The translations under genes and the position numbers were made by a program. A stretch of 63,578 bases of DNA, filler included, from Globobulimina sp. (taxonomy: Eukaryota), in the NCBI GenBank assembly GCA_003354225.1. It is 35 parts of 35 records of this genome, joined end to end, with 100 filler letters (N's around TTAATTAATTAA, not from the genome) between each part and the next. Parts side by side here need not be neighbours in the genome. Positions count along the whole stretch, not along the records: positions 61,861 to 63,578 come from PIVH01012750.1; 34 more parts are not named here. One strand, given 5' to 3'. The notes beneath the pieces are model-generated. The model was not told where the DNA came from. It saw only the letters and a list, made by a program, of their open reading frames with translations, and made no database searches. Positions 63,372 through 63,578 of the stretch are shown here, piece after piece (positions within the stretch are counted from its first letter, which is position 1; every line of letters begins with the position of its first letter).

Positions 63372-63578
63372 CAGCAACCAAAGGACGTATACGATATTAA
63401 CCAAACTCCCAAACGTGGAAAAACCAAACCACCTCCACCGCAATATAAAAAACCAAAAGCACCCACAAAATCCACGCAACCACTCCCAAAACAAAACGTA
63501 CATAATTTACATGTCAATATAAGTAACAATGTAGATATAAACAACAACAACGATATCGATAGCAACACAAAACCAATC

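Noticed and set aside
1-63578. Operon-like or functional clustering, for example GS plus AMT as a nitrogen cluster
   Set aside because: Contigs are unlinked and ordered by length, so adjacency across spacers is meaningless.

Overview
This is not a contiguous locus. It is about 35 unrelated contigs of roughly 1.72 kb, sorted by decreasing length and joined by artificial 100-nt spacers (N44-TTAATTAATTAA-N44), so no synteny can be inferred across spacers. Most contigs come from an AT-rich eukaryote with short (about 50-145 nt) GT-AG introns. The divergent alpha2-type tubulin points to a foraminiferan (Retaria). Recognisable gene fragments: PPIL2, a CAR-type GPCR, two MFS transporters, a GSI-like glutamine synthetase, a RhoGEF, Vid27, alpha-tubulin, a two-pore K+ channel, an ammonium transporter, nicalin, an ADP-ribosyltransferase-like protein, Arp3, a CRAL-TRIO protein, CCZ1, a tandem phytochelatin-synthase-like protein and TRRAP/Tra1. 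Mobile elements: two non-LTR RTs, a non-LTR RNase H tail, two BEL/Pao gag fragments, a PIF/Harbinger transposase and a NUMOD4-HNH endonuclease. There is also a bacterial lptA/TPR fragment and several chimeric junctions typical of whole-genome amplification. Main finding: in at least half of the 23 introns I could reconstruct by hand, the intron is a degenerate, colinear copy of the start of the following exon (best case 26 of 27 nt). This suggests widespread intron gain by local tandem duplication. All alignments were made by eye, and family calls come from motif recognition, not database searches.
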